From the IMG/VR virus record IMGVR_UViG_3300042923_000319, positions 8,677-72,676 of that record: a stretch of DNA of 64,000 bases; one strand, 5' to 3'. The notes under the pieces are model-generated. The model did not search any database and was not told the origin of the DNA. It was given only the letters and a program-made list of their open reading frames with translations. Position numbers and translations under genes: made by a program. Positions 20,260-31,249 of this stretch are shown here, one piece after another. This DNA is from a virus. The stretch's first letter is position 1. Every line of letters begins with the position of its first letter.

Positions 20260-20765
20260 AAGAACTACTAAAAACAATAGTGTTCACAATGTTAGGATCA
20301 ATAGTTATAGCTGCATATATTTATTTGTTTATCATTAGTTTTAGCCTTGGATATATAGTATCAGTATTGCTTGTACTTGGATATCTGTTTCAGTTAGCCG
20401 TAAGAGCGTATATTGACTATAAAAGTTAACCACCGTCCACACATCGGTATACACCAAGTATACCATAGAAAGGAGCAATCAATACATGAAACTTTACAAA
20501 AACGTGAAGATTTCCATAGATTCTAAAAGAAAATCCAATGATACCACAAAGAAATTAATCATGGAATTTGTGAGAAGATATCGGATTGACGAGGTGAGAG
20601 CGTGAGTATTTTAGCCCCAAACCTTGCGTTCATCGTTGTGGACAGGCAAGGTAAGTACATTAAATCCTATGACAAACTACGGTACGCCAAGAGTTTCCGC
20701 ACGAGAAACGGTGGACTCTATGATATTTACCGCACAGTAACTGTGGAGAAAGTTGAGGTGGAGTA

Positions 20766-21281
20766 ATGAAAGTCATTGCACTCGCAGGAAAAATGAGGTC
20801 AGGCAAAGATACCACAGCAGACATCATCGCTTCCTCTCCAGATTTTGCCTATCGTACAGCCTTTGCAGACCATCTAAAAAACATCGCATTAATCCTTGGT
20901 TGGAACGGTGTTAAAGACAAAAGAGGTCGTAAGTTTCTTCAGCAATTAGGCGATGTAATCCGAGCGTACAACCCAGACTATTTCATTAATAAAACCATTA
21001 TAGATATCAAAAGTAGAGCACCATATTTACCCAATGAACTGGTTTGCATAACCGATGTACGCTACCAGAATGAGCTACAGGCGATCATTGATTCATTTCC
21101 TAATGTAACTACGATACGCATTGAACGCAACGCCACCAGCGACCTCACAGACGCTCAGAGAGCACACCAAAGTGAAACCGAGTTAGACTCATATCTCAAC
21201 TTTGATTACATCGTACACAACAACGGTACGCTCGATGATCTCGAAAGAGAAATAAAGTTCATACTGGAGGAGATAAACTAA
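20766..21281 (+). CDS. deoxynucleoside monophosphate kinase
   Basis: GKMRSGKDT, FADHLK, RKFLQQLG, ITDVRYQNE, HQSE. Confidence 0.88.
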   Translation: MKVIALAGKMRSGKDTTADIIASSPDFAYRTAFADHLKNIALILGWNGVKDKRGRKFLQQLGDVIRAYNPDYFINKTIIDIKSRAPYLPNELVCITDVRYQNELQAIIDSFPNVTTIRIERNATSDLTDAQRAHQSETELDSYLNFDYIVHNNGTLDDLEREIKFILEEIN

Positions 21282-21507
21282 TGATATCAGTAGCCATAGA
21301 AAATGAAGAAGTAAACATTAAAATGTCCATTAATGAAGCAAAGAAAACCGCAGCCCTTATCGGTGCAACAACACTCGAAGATGTTGAAAGATTAATTGCG
21401 GAAGACCCCGAAAATTTATATGCAAATCAATATTCACTAGAAGATATTGATAGTACAGCTTACGACTTATTTGAAGCATTAGCTAATGAATTAGGAGCTG
21501 GGCAACA

Positions 21508-22020
21508 ATAGCCTCCAAGCGTAGAAGTCTCAAAACACTCTACAATGGTATCCTATATGACTCCAGAATGGAAGCACAGTACGCGGAGCATCTAGACAAG
21601 CTCATGAAAGCTGGAGAAATACTAGAGATTAAACGTCAGATACATTGTCAGATCATCCCTAAGTTCGAGAAGTACGGCAAGAAATTCCGTGGCTCCCAAT
21701 ATACTCCAGATTTCTGGGTGAGGTACAAAGATGGCTCGACCGCGTACATCGAAGTCAAAGGTATGTCTGATACAGCAGCAGATTTGAGAAGAAAAGCCTT
21801 TGACTCACAGTATCCCGATACACTACTTTGGGTTACTGGTGTTGACTCAGTGAATAAACGATGGACACGGTGGCTTCCCTATGATGATGTAGTGAAGATG
21901 CGTAAGGCGAAACGGAAAGAAAAGGCATCTAATAGTGCCAAAGTTGAGACGTCGGATACCTTTGTTTACCATGTAGACCCTAAGATAAGCAAAAGAAAAA
22001 AGAATGTGAGGAAAAGCTAA
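21508..22020 (+). CDS. DUF1064-like PD-(D/E)XK endonuclease, probable ATA start
   Basis: In-frame extension gives YNGILYDSRMEA; YTPDF...IEVKG. Confidence 0.78.
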   Translation: MASKRRSLKTLYNGILYDSRMEAQYAEHLDKLMKAGEILEIKRQIHCQIIPKFEKYGKKFRGSQYTPDFWVRYKDGSTAYIEVKGMSDTAADLRRKAFDSQYPDTLLWVTGVDSVNKRWTRWLPYDDVVKMRKAKRKEKASNSAKVETSDTFVYHVDPKISKRKKNVRKS

Positions 22021-22595
22021 TGAAAATTAAAGCTAAACTTAAAGACAATTCAAATAAGTATTTCTCCGATGTATTAAGTTATAAATTCTTAAATTGCGAC
22101 GATGGTGTTTTAGAAATCCATATGAATAATCCACTTAATAATTGTTATGTTGTTAATGTTAAATCAGTAGAACAGATCAAGGAGGAAACAATGAATACAT
22201 TTAAGAAATCCGATCTAAAAACTGGGATGATGGTGCAGATGAGTAATGGACAATGGTCTCTTGTGTTGACTAGTAATGAACCATACGAAAGTGAAGATTT
22301 AATATTAGTACAATTTGGTGGAGATGAGTTCATGACTGGTCGATATTATGATGATAATTTAGATTATACTGGATCTTACCCAGGAATTTTTATGATTACT
22401 AAAATTGCCTCTTGTAGTGGATTCCAAATAGGTACTATGAAATCATTCGTCAACCACAGCGACCCCACAGCTATCCCAGAATTCCACATCATCTGGTCGC
22501 GGGAATCCGATGAGAAAGCCAAGGTTATCAGTGTTATCGAAGGATTACAAAAGGAACTCAATGATGCCAAAAGAAAACTGGAGGAATTGGGATGA
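22020..22595 (+). CDS. hypothetical two-domain protein with an internal start at 22191
   Basis: C-terminal KSDLKTGMMV...IIWSRE domain is paralogous to the C-terminus of 17534..18160. Confidence 0.65.
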   Translation: MKIKAKLKDNSNKYFSDVLSYKFLNCDDGVLEIHMNNPLNNCYVVNVKSVEQIKEETMNTFKKSDLKTGMMVQMSNGQWSLVLTSNEPYESEDLILVQFGGDEFMTGRYYDDNLDYTGSYPGIFMITKIASCSGFQIGTMKSFVNHSDPTAIPEFHIIWSRESDEKAKVISVIEGLQKELNDAKRKLEELG

Positions 22596-22920
22596 GTAAG
22601 AATTGTGGCACTTGTTTATACCAAGGAACACCAACTTATAAGCACCCATGCGACACATGTTGGCTACAGAAAAACTGGGAACCACAGGAAGAAGAACCAG
22701 TAAAACTAGCAGTGGATTACTATTGTTTCCCATCACCTCCTTGTGCTCCCACCACCTCTAAAGAAATCCACGATCAACTCCATGTACTCTACAGTCAATA
22801 CAATGATCTCGGTGAGGCACTATCACGAATAGACGATGTGGACAACTCATACACCTATGAGTTAATCCAAGCGAGATACAATGCACTGGCACAGGAAATT
22901 GAAAGTATATCTAAGAAGGA

Positions 22921-23271
22921 GTGGAGAGAAGCGTGAAAGATATCATTAAAGCATTTTTAGGATTTCTAATGTTTATTATAGTATTCCTTGGTGTCGCATG
23001 GTTTATCCAAGGTAGTAACTTCTTTATGTACAAAGTATTTGCACCGCAATACGAGCAAGTTCGTAGAGAAACCTTTGAAGAATCCAAAGCTTATAACCAA
23101 GGTGTAGCACAGGATATATCAAACTTTGAACAACAGTATGCACAGGCAAGCGATAGTCAAAAGGACGCATTGGCTTCTGTAATTATCCATCGATATGCTG
23201 ATTATGATTTAGGTAAATTACAACCAAGCCAAAGACAATTCATTGAAAAATTAAGAAGAGGTGATAGATAA
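22921..23271 (+). CDS. membrane-anchored hypothetical protein
   Basis: N-terminal TM helix; VRRETFEESKAYNQG. Confidence 0.7.
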   Translation: MERSVKDIIKAFLGFLMFIIVFLGVAWFIQGSNFFMYKVFAPQYEQVRRETFEESKAYNQGVAQDISNFEQQYAQASDSQKDALASVIIHRYADYDLGKLQPSQRQFIEKLRRGDR

Positions 23272-23740
23272 CATGAAGAAAATTATTGGAGCATGTTTGA
23301 TTGGAGTTATGGCGTTGTCATTGGTTGGATGTTCAAAATCTAGTGGAATGAAGGAATATCAATCGCAAGAAAAACTTCAACAAGAATCCATTGCTCAAGC
23401 AGGGTTGCCAGCAATACAGCAATTTAGAGAGAAGAAATTACTCAAAGATATCTATGAACTCCGTGACCAAGATGGTTTAGTGACCTACACGTATATCGTA
23501 GCAGAAAACACTGGTAAACTTGTGTTGCTCGGTGAATCTATCGGCTATGGCATTCCAGCAGCTACACAATATAACAACCCAATGAAATCATCAGGTGTAC
23601 CACAAGCTGAACCTAATGGATTATATTCACCGCAATCAGCAGAAGGTACATGGGTAATGCTTAAAGACCCTAATGGTAAAACAGTGAAACCAGTGTATGT
23701 CGAAGCTAGAGTCATTGTAAGTCCATATAAATTACAGTAA
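23261..23740 (+). CDS. lipoprotein
   Basis: Lipobox LVGC after MKKIIG...; PQAEPNGLY. Confidence 0.8.
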   Translation: MIDNMKKIIGACLIGVMALSLVGCSKSSGMKEYQSQEKLQQESIAQAGLPAIQQFREKKLLKDIYELRDQDGLVTYTYIVAENTGKLVLLGESIGYGIPAATQYNNPMKSSGVPQAEPNGLYSPQSAEGTWVMLKDPNGKTVKPVYVEARVIVSPYKLQ

Positions 23741-23754
23741 TAAGGAGGAATCAT

Positions 23755-25965
23755 ATGTCATCAAATACAAACCTAAATGGTAACTGGTATGAACGCGAAG
23801 TTGGTTCACAGGTTCTACAAAAGAAATATCTACATGAAAACGAAGACTTTAACGGTATGATTGAGCGTGTCACCGCTACCGCTGGAGTTCCTGCAATGAA
23901 GGACTACCTTAGAAACGCTGATTTCTTCTTGGCTGGTCGCAGTCTCTACGGAGCAGGACTCAAGGATGTTAAAAAGGTCACAACATCGAACTGTTTTGTA
24001 CTCAAGACACCAGAAGACACCCTTGATTCAATCTATGATACATGCAAAGATGCAGCCATCATTGGTTCTCTTGGTGGTGGCGTTGGTGTAGCAGTGGATA
24101 ACATTAGACCCAAAGGTTCAATTATTAACAATTCAGCGAAGGAATCCAGTGGCGTAGAGTTCGTAATGAATCTCTTAAATGAAACAGGGCAGAACATTGG
24201 TCAACAAGGAAGACACATGGCTATCATGGTTATGCTTGATTGTAACCATCCAGATATCATTGAGTTTCTAGGGATAAAACAGCGGAATAACCGATTGGAC
24301 TCAATGAATATCTCAATAAAATTCACAGATAAATTCATGGAAGCTGTAAGAGACAATAAAGAATATACACTACAATTCGATGTGAAATCCACAGGTGAAC
24401 ACATTGAACGTACAATAAACGCCAAGGATTTCTTCATGAAGTTCTGTGAGTGCCAATATGACTGGGGTGATCCAGGAGGATGTTTTATTGACCGTGTGAA
24501 AGATTATCAGTTACTCAGTGGATACGATGATTATACGATAGATGCTTCAAATCCATGTGCAGAATTCTTTGGAAACGCTGGCAATGCATGTAACTTAGCT
24601 AGTATCAATTTGTATAATATAGTCGATGATCCATTCACTGATAATGCAACGATTAATTATAATAAACTCAGAAATCTCGTTCAAAATGGTGTGGTAGCTC
24701 TCAATAACATTCTAAATTATGGGTATGATATGCAACCATTAGACCAAAATCGTAAGTGTATCGATGATTGGCGTTCAATTGGGTTGGGTATCTTTGGTTT
24801 AGCAGATATGTTGATAGCATTGGGATTGCGATACGGCAGTGAAGAGGCTAATAAGAAAATTGATTATGTAATGGATTATATTTTATATAATGCACTAGTA
24901 ACATCGAACGACTTAGCAGAGGCAGAGGGGTCATTTGGTAAGTTTAATTGGAAATCAACAAAGAAATCTAAGATAATTGACAGTATTAAAGATACAGATC
25001 TCTACGACAACATTAAACAATATGGACTTCGCAATGGCACACTGCTCTCCATCGCTCCAGCAGGGACAATCAGTACAATGTGTGGCATCTCTAACGGATG
25101 TGAACCACTATTCATGATTTCCTACGAGCGCACAACGCACTCCTTAGAAAAACAAGGGAAATACTTTAAAGTCTACGCTAAATCCGTTGAAGACCTACTG
25201 AAACACCACGGTATCGACCCAGAATCAATCACAGTGGACGAAATAAAGAAACGCTTCCCATTTGTTGTGGACTCCCATGATATCACTCCAGAAGAACGTG
25301 TGAGAACCCAAGCAGTCATGCAGAAATACGTTGATAATGCCATCAGCTCTACAGTAAATCTCAAGGAATCAGCAACAGTACAGGATATCTTTGATACCTA
25401 TATGTTAGCATGGGAGCAAGGGTTGAAGGGGATTACAGTGTTTAGAGATGGATGTAAACGTGGATCAATCTTAGGTGGTTCTGGTGCAAATCCCGAACCA
25501 AAGAAATTCAACAGTATCTCACCAGTTAAACGCAACAATATCCGCAAGATGGACGGTAGCACATTCGTTGGTCATACAGCGTGTGTCAAGAATCTGTACA
25601 CTACAGTCAATAAAATGGGGGATGATGTGTTTGAAGTGTTTACTAATGCGTCTACAGGATGCCGTAGCAATATCAATACAATTACTCGGTTAGTATCATT
25701 AGCACTCCGTAGTAGAATCAAAGTTAGCGAAGTTGTTCATGAGTTAAAAGCAAACTCTTGTCCAGCGTGTACTGTACTAAAGGGTCAAGGGAAGAACATT
25801 AGTAACTCTTGCGGCACTTCTATTGCAGAGGCTATCGAAGAAGCTTATGGAGCCACGGAAGCCGATGAAACACTCGCGATTTGTCCAGAGTGTGGCAAAA
25901 GAGGATTAGTGCCTACTGGAAAGTGCGTTTCGTGCAATCAATGTGGCTATTCAAAATGTGATTAA
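23755..25965 (+). CDS. nrdJ: class II (B12-dependent) ribonucleotide reductase
   Basis: TSNCF, NPCAE, CNLASINL, IAPAGTIS, KGITVFRDG, C-terminal Zn ribbon; no beta subunit in the window. Confidence 0.9.
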   Translation: MSSNTNLNGNWYEREVGSQVLQKKYLHENEDFNGMIERVTATAGVPAMKDYLRNADFFLAGRSLYGAGLKDVKKVTTSNCFVLKTPEDTLDSIYDTCKDAAIIGSLGGGVGVAVDNIRPKGSIINNSAKESSGVEFVMNLLNETGQNIGQQGRHMAIMVMLDCNHPDIIEFLGIKQRNNRLDSMNISIKFTDKFMEAVRDNKEYTLQFDVKSTGEHIERTINAKDFFMKFCECQYDWGDPGGCFIDRVKDYQLLSGYDDYTIDASNPCAEFFGNAGNACNLASINLYNIVDDPFTDNATINYNKLRNLVQNGVVALNNILNYGYDMQPLDQNRKCIDDWRSIGLGIFGLADMLIALGLRYGSEEANKKIDYVMDYILYNALVTSNDLAEAEGSFGKFNWKSTKKSKIIDSIKDTDLYDNIKQYGLRNGTLLSIAPAGTISTMCGISNGCEPLFMISYERTTHSLEKQGKYFKVYAKSVEDLLKHHGIDPESITVDEIKKRFPFVVDSHDITPEERVRTQAVMQKYVDNAISSTVNLKESATVQDIFDTYMLAWEQGLKGITVFRDGCKRGSILGGSGANPEPKKFNSISPVKRNNIRKMDGSTFVGHTACVKNLYTTVNKMGDDVFEVFTNASTGCRSNINTITRLVSLALRSRIKVSEVVHELKANSCPACTVLKGQGKNISNSCGTSIAEAIEEAYGATEADETLAICPECGKRGLVPTGKCVSCNQCGYSKCD

Positions 25966-27310
25966 CGTCTACACATCGGTATACAGAAAAGGAGAACCTA
26001 TGAACCCAGATTATTTCATGTCAACCTTTGGATATCAAAGAGTAAGCGAGGAGAAACCAATGAATATGGCAACTATAAGTATAATCACAGAGGAACAATC
26101 CAAAGCTCTTCAAATGGTTCGCAAGGAAATTCCTATATTATGGAAAGAAATAACTATGAATAGTTGCTGTGAAATCTATTGTCCTAAAGAGCCAGTCTGT
26201 GAAATCTGTTGGAATAATGCAGCAGATAAACAACGAGGAGGAACCAATGAAAATTATTGTTCACACTGATGAACTAATCAATGATTTATCCCGTATCGCT
26301 GACCTAAAATTATCAAAGACGACTCGATTAGTTCTACACACCAACCAAGAAATAATCCCTGGCTCCACCTATGTCTTAATCGATGGTGAAGAAGTGTATC
26401 CCAGTGCTTTATCAATGTTTACCGAGATATATTCGCAGGGAAGAAAGGTGGAGATTTAGCCAATGGTCAAATATGTGATTCATCCTGGGTGGGTATGGAG
26501 TAAAACTGATGGGGATGACCACTATATAACTTATGGAAAACTCATCAGTTTATACAAAGTTAGCTCACATGAGTGTGTTAGGTATGATAACCATGGTTTT
26601 TCTATAGATAGAATTTGTGATAATTATATTCATTTATTCCCTAGATATGATGGCGACTACCAAATAACAAAGGAGGACACCAAATGAAAGCAATCGCAGA
26701 ATACATCGTTAAAATCAAGGTAATCGAAGATTGCACCGATGAACTAGCTAATAATATATTAAGCTTACCAAAAGAAGATATTGATAGCATCAGAGGAGTA
26801 ATCGAGGCTGACATTAAGGATGCAGTTGTAGATCATATGAAAGCTAATGCTGAGGTGTCCGTCAACACAATACGCTTTGAATTTCTGGAGGAAATGTGAT
26901 GCAAGCTACAAAAGAAACAAAGTTCAACATCGGTGATACCGTAAAACCAATTACGCTTTACAACAGTAATATAGCCATCGATATACTAAGGATTGAACCA
27001 GAAATCACCATCGTTGATTGCAAGGTGACACAAGTATCTTATCTTTGTGAATATCCCAATGGTGAACGAAAGTATATACAAGAAAATATGTTGTGTACTA
27101 CCGAAGGTGCTGACGAATTAGTTAAGGGGTATCTATAAAAATGCAAACCACTCTAACCTCAAAGCACAACATCGGTGATACCGCGATCCTACGAGCCATA
27201 CACTGGCGTGAACCAGTGACTATCCAAGATGTAATCTTTGACGACCATGAAAGAAAATTTAGATACCTCACAGACACTTATGACTGTTACATTGATGAAA
27301 CGGAGTTGGA

Positions 27311-27643
27311 TTGATGAAGATACCATTTGATACCGATGGAAACATGCAATCTTATGAATATTACGGTACAGAACTTAAAGATATTGAAGAACTCACCACT
27401 GAGCTGACATTAGTCAACTTTGAGCGTGGCAGAAGCGCAATGAATTTTATCTATAAGGATGTCTACAATCACACTTATTCAATGTTCCTTGGTGAATTTA
27501 AAAAGTTAACAAAGATGTTTAATGAAGGCAAACTTAGTAACCTTGGTAAAATCTACGGTAAATGGACATTCAGAAAGCAAGGAGCTAATTATAGTATAAC
27601 ACTGATTGAAACAATGGAACACGAAGATTATGGCTTTAGATAA
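27311..27643 (+). CDS. hypothetical protein
   Basis: ORF in the operon; GKWTFRKQGANY. Confidence 0.6.
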   Translation: MMKIPFDTDGNMQSYEYYGTELKDIEELTTELTLVNFERGRSAMNFIYKDVYNHTYSMFLGEFKKLTKMFNEGKLSNLGKIYGKWTFRKQGANYSITLIETMEHEDYGFR

Positions 27644-27655
27644 GGAGAGTGAACA

Positions 27656-28288
27656 ATGAAAGTTCTTAATGCAGGCTCAATAGAGCTACTAGATCACATG
27701 GGTACTGATGATTCAATCGTGAAAGCTGCTAGACAATGCTATGGAAGTTCTGGGAATGAACTAGCGGATGAACGATTGTTAGAATCAGTGGTTAAACATC
27801 GGCATACATCGTGTCTTGAGCATACAGCATTGACGTTCAAGGTTAAAGCACCGATATTCGTGGCTAGACAATGGATGCGCCACAGAGTCGGATGTAGTTA
27901 TAATGAGAAATCACTGAGATATACTGAAGCAACACCAGAGTTTTATATGCCATCCGATGAGCAATTTGAGAATTCTCCCTTATCATACAAACACAAGCCA
28001 TTGAAAGAATGGTGGCTTAGAACCATAGAAGAACAATATGATGAATACCTAATGTGGATAGACTATCTTCCCAAAGAGCAAGCTCGTGCAGTGCTTCCCC
28101 TTGGTATCTACACTGAATTTATCTTTAGTTGTAACATGGCAAGTCTATTGCATTTCTTAGAGTTACGTCTAGCAAAGTCAGCCCAAGTGGAAATCAGAGT
28201 CTACGCACAGGCAATACTTGAGCTGATTCAAGAAGTATTTCCTAAGACAACAAATATTATACGAAAGGAATTTGGAGGTAATCAATGA
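27656..28288 (+). CDS. thyX: flavin-dependent thymidylate synthase
   Basis: HTSCLEH, IFVARQWMRHR, SYNEKSLRY, LRLAKSAQVEIR. Confidence 0.96.
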   Translation: MKVLNAGSIELLDHMGTDDSIVKAARQCYGSSGNELADERLLESVVKHRHTSCLEHTALTFKVKAPIFVARQWMRHRVGCSYNEKSLRYTEATPEFYMPSDEQFENSPLSYKHKPLKEWWLRTIEEQYDEYLMWIDYLPKEQARAVLPLGIYTEFIFSCNMASLLHFLELRLAKSAQVEIRVYAQAILELIQEVFPKTTNIIRKEFGGNQ

Positions 28289-28698
28289 AACACACAATAA
28301 ATGAATGGGAGAAAATCGTCGGTATTACCATAGTTGACCCAGACGGATTCGATAGAAGCAATCCAAATTTATACAATGAATTATTTACAAAGGAAGAATT
28401 CGATGATGCTCTAATGAGATGCACAGTGATTGTGAGGTTAACCAATGCTTAAAATCAAAGACAACTATGATCTACAACAGCTTACCAAATATGGCTTTGT
28501 AAAGCTTGCCTATGGTAACATGTGGGAATATACAATGTTTGGTGAAAACGACCAAGAGCTGTGTTTGATTGTCAATGCTTACAATGAACAGAATCGTGAA
28601 ATCAAAGTAAATTATCTTGGTGATGGTGATGCGGACATTCTTGGTGATCTAACGGTACTCTATCAGATGATCATGGATGGAATCGTGGAGGTGGTTGA

Positions 28699-29460
28699 GT
28701 GAAGGTTGGAGATAGAGTAAGAGTTGTAAATATAATCAATGGTGCTCCAAAAGAAACACTAGGACAAGAAGGTATTCTCAAAGATATCACCGATTTTGAT
28801 GACTATATAAGTTGTAGAGTTGATTTTGGTGATGACTGGTGGCAATATGCAGGTCAAGAACTTGAGCTAATCCCCACTGGTGGAATCATAGATGAAAGCT
28901 GTGGAATTATCCCAGATACCGATGGATTAATCCTACCATATGACAGCAAATGTCTTGCTGATTGTCAAACATGGTATCCTGGAGGTAAATTGTTTGCATC
29001 TCATGGCGCTCGACCTCGTAAAACCCGTGGATTCGAAGCAGTCACAGGTTACTCCCCAGTCCTACCAAAGCGTTCCACAGCTAAATCCGCTGGCTATGAC
29101 ATAAGTGTCATCGGTGAAGCCATCGTACAGCCTGGACAAACCGTAGTATTCAACACAGGACTCAAAGCTTACATGCAGGACGATGAAGTTCTACAGATTC
29201 ACATTAGATCATCCGTGGGAATTAAGCGTAACCTAGTGTTATCCAATGGTACAGGCATAATTGACGCAGATTTCTACAATAATCCAGATAATGAAGGGCA
29301 CATTAGAATTGCTGTGACGAACATCGGTAATGAACCACAGTTAGTCAATGGTGGTAAGCCTATAGCACAGGGAATTTTCGTGAAGTATCTTACGACTGAC
29401 GATGATTGTGCCGATAGAGAAAGACTAGGTGGCATAGGTTCGACGGATGAAATTAATTAA
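28699..29460 (+). CDS. dut: trimeric dUTPase with an N-terminal extra domain
   Basis: SAGYD, RSS, GIIDADF, IAQGI, RLGGIGST. Confidence 0.92.
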   Translation: MKVGDRVRVVNIINGAPKETLGQEGILKDITDFDDYISCRVDFGDDWWQYAGQELELIPTGGIIDESCGIIPDTDGLILPYDSKCLADCQTWYPGGKLFASHGARPRKTRGFEAVTGYSPVLPKRSTAKSAGYDISVIGEAIVQPGQTVVFNTGLKAYMQDDEVLQIHIRSSVGIKRNLVLSNGTGIIDADFYNNPDNEGHIRIAVTNIGNEPQLVNGGKPIAQGIFVKYLTTDDDCADRERLGGIGSTDEIN

Positions 29461-29506
29461 TGTGTCCACTGATGTGTATACAACAATAAAACGATAGGAG
29501 AATTGG

Positions 29507-30145
29507 ATGAAAATTTTAGTAGCCTGTGAGGAAAGCCAAGCTGTAACCATCGAACTACGCAAGTTAGGTCATGAAGCATACTCATGTGATATCGAAGAAT
29601 GCTCTGGAGGACATCCAGAGTGGCATCTACAGCAAGACGTTACAACTTTATTACATGGTAGGTGCAGTTTTAAAACTATTGATGACAAATATCATGCAAT
29701 ATGTAGAAGATGGGATATGATCATTGCATTTCCACCGTGTACGTACCTGAGTAACGCTGGAGCAAGGCATTTATATCCTAACCATGTATTAAACGAAGAA
29801 AGATATCAAAAAGGCTTAGGGGCTAAAGAGTTTTTCATGATGTTCTACAATACTGATTGCGATAAAATTGCCATTGAAAATCCATTACCAAGTGGCATCT
29901 ATGGACTGCCAAAACATTCACAAGTTATTCAACCATACCAATTTGGACATCCATTCAAGAAAAGAACGCAGTTATGGCTTAAAGGATTACCTTTGCTAGA
30001 ACCAACGGATATTGTAAGTATCTCCCAGAGTACAAAGATTCCTGGCAATTGGTTCAACAAAGGTGGTAAAGAGAGACAAAAGAATAGATCAAAGACATTC
30101 CCTGGAATCGCAAAAGCAATCGCGACACAATGGACACAACTATGA
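29507..30145 (+). CDS. putative DNA cytosine methyltransferase (phage type)
   Basis: ILVACEES, AFPPCTYLS, IENP, QPYQFG, RSKTFPGIAKA. Confidence 0.78.
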   Translation: MKILVACEESQAVTIELRKLGHEAYSCDIEECSGGHPEWHLQQDVTTLLHGRCSFKTIDDKYHAICRRWDMIIAFPPCTYLSNAGARHLYPNHVLNEERYQKGLGAKEFFMMFYNTDCDKIAIENPLPSGIYGLPKHSQVIQPYQFGHPFKKRTQLWLKGLPLLEPTDIVSISQSTKIPGNWFNKGGKERQKNRSKTFPGIAKAIATQWTQL

Positions 30146-30472
30146 CCACGCCGTCTACACATCAGTACACGAAGGAGCTGACTCAATGATTCACCACGTA
30201 CTCATCGATATTGACAAAGACTATTACATGACAGCCATAGAAACATCAGCATCCAAAAGCGAAATCCTAGACTACTTCGAACAACACAGTCCAGACGTTA
30301 GATACCTCAGAGCAACCCATGAGCGTTCAAAGCATGATATAGGGACACGACAATGCCCCCTTGGTACCATCATTAAATGCTCATATTTTGACAATAAAAT
30401 TATGGCGTATAAAACCAAGAGTAAATATAAGTTGGATACATTGAATAATGCAGAGATTGATCGGAGGCATAA

Positions 30473-31246
30473 ATGTTAGAAATCAATAGAATTTACAATG
30501 AAGATTGCTTGGAAGGTATGAAGAAAATCGATGATGGTAGCGTGGATATGATACTATGTGATTTGCCGTATGGGACAACGCAAAACAAATGGGATTCAGT
30601 GATACCTTTGGATAAACTTTGGGAGCAATATAATCGCATCATTAAACCTAGTGGAGCTGTAGTGTTAACAGCGAGCGGAAGATTTACTGCAGAGTTGATG
30701 ATGTCTAATATTAAATATTGGAAATACAACCTTGTTTGGCAGAAAACAACTCCAACTGGATTCTTGAATGCAAAGAAAATGCCTCTAAGAATTCATGAAG
30801 ATATTTGCGTGTTCTATAAAAAACTGCCTATATATAATCCGCAGAAAACAAAAGGAAATCCTAGAAAAGTCAGCAAAGCAACTCATAAAATAAACTGTAA
30901 AGAAACCACAAATTATGGCAAGCATAACCTCAGCACCTACGATAGTACTGAAAGATATCCTACAAGTATATTTAAATTTCCGACAGATAAGCAAAAGAGT
31001 TCTTTACATCCTACACAAAAACCAGTGGCACTCTTTGAATATCTCATTAAGACCTACACCAACAAAGGCGACCTTGTGCTTGACAATTGTATTGGCTCTG
31101 GTACAACTGCAGTAGCAGCCATAGACACTAACAGAAACTTCATTGGTTTTGAGTTAGACAAGGATTACTTTGATATTGCCAATGAACGTATCAACGCTAC
31201 ACCTATGACTACACCGTCCACGCATCAGTATACAAAGGAGGCATAA
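30473..31246 (+). CDS. N6-adenine/N4-cytosine DNA methyltransferase (beta class)
   Basis: DLPYG, HPTQKPVAL, VLDNCIGSGTT. Confidence 0.92.
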   Translation: MLEINRIYNEDCLEGMKKIDDGSVDMILCDLPYGTTQNKWDSVIPLDKLWEQYNRIIKPSGAVVLTASGRFTAELMMSNIKYWKYNLVWQKTTPTGFLNAKKMPLRIHEDICVFYKKLPIYNPQKTKGNPRKVSKATHKINCKETTNYGKHNLSTYDSTERYPTSIFKFPTDKQKSSLHPTQKPVALFEYLIKTYTNKGDLVLDNCIGSGTTAVAAIDTNRNFIGFELDKDYFDIANERINATPMTTPSTHQYTKEA

Positions 31247-31249
31247 ACC

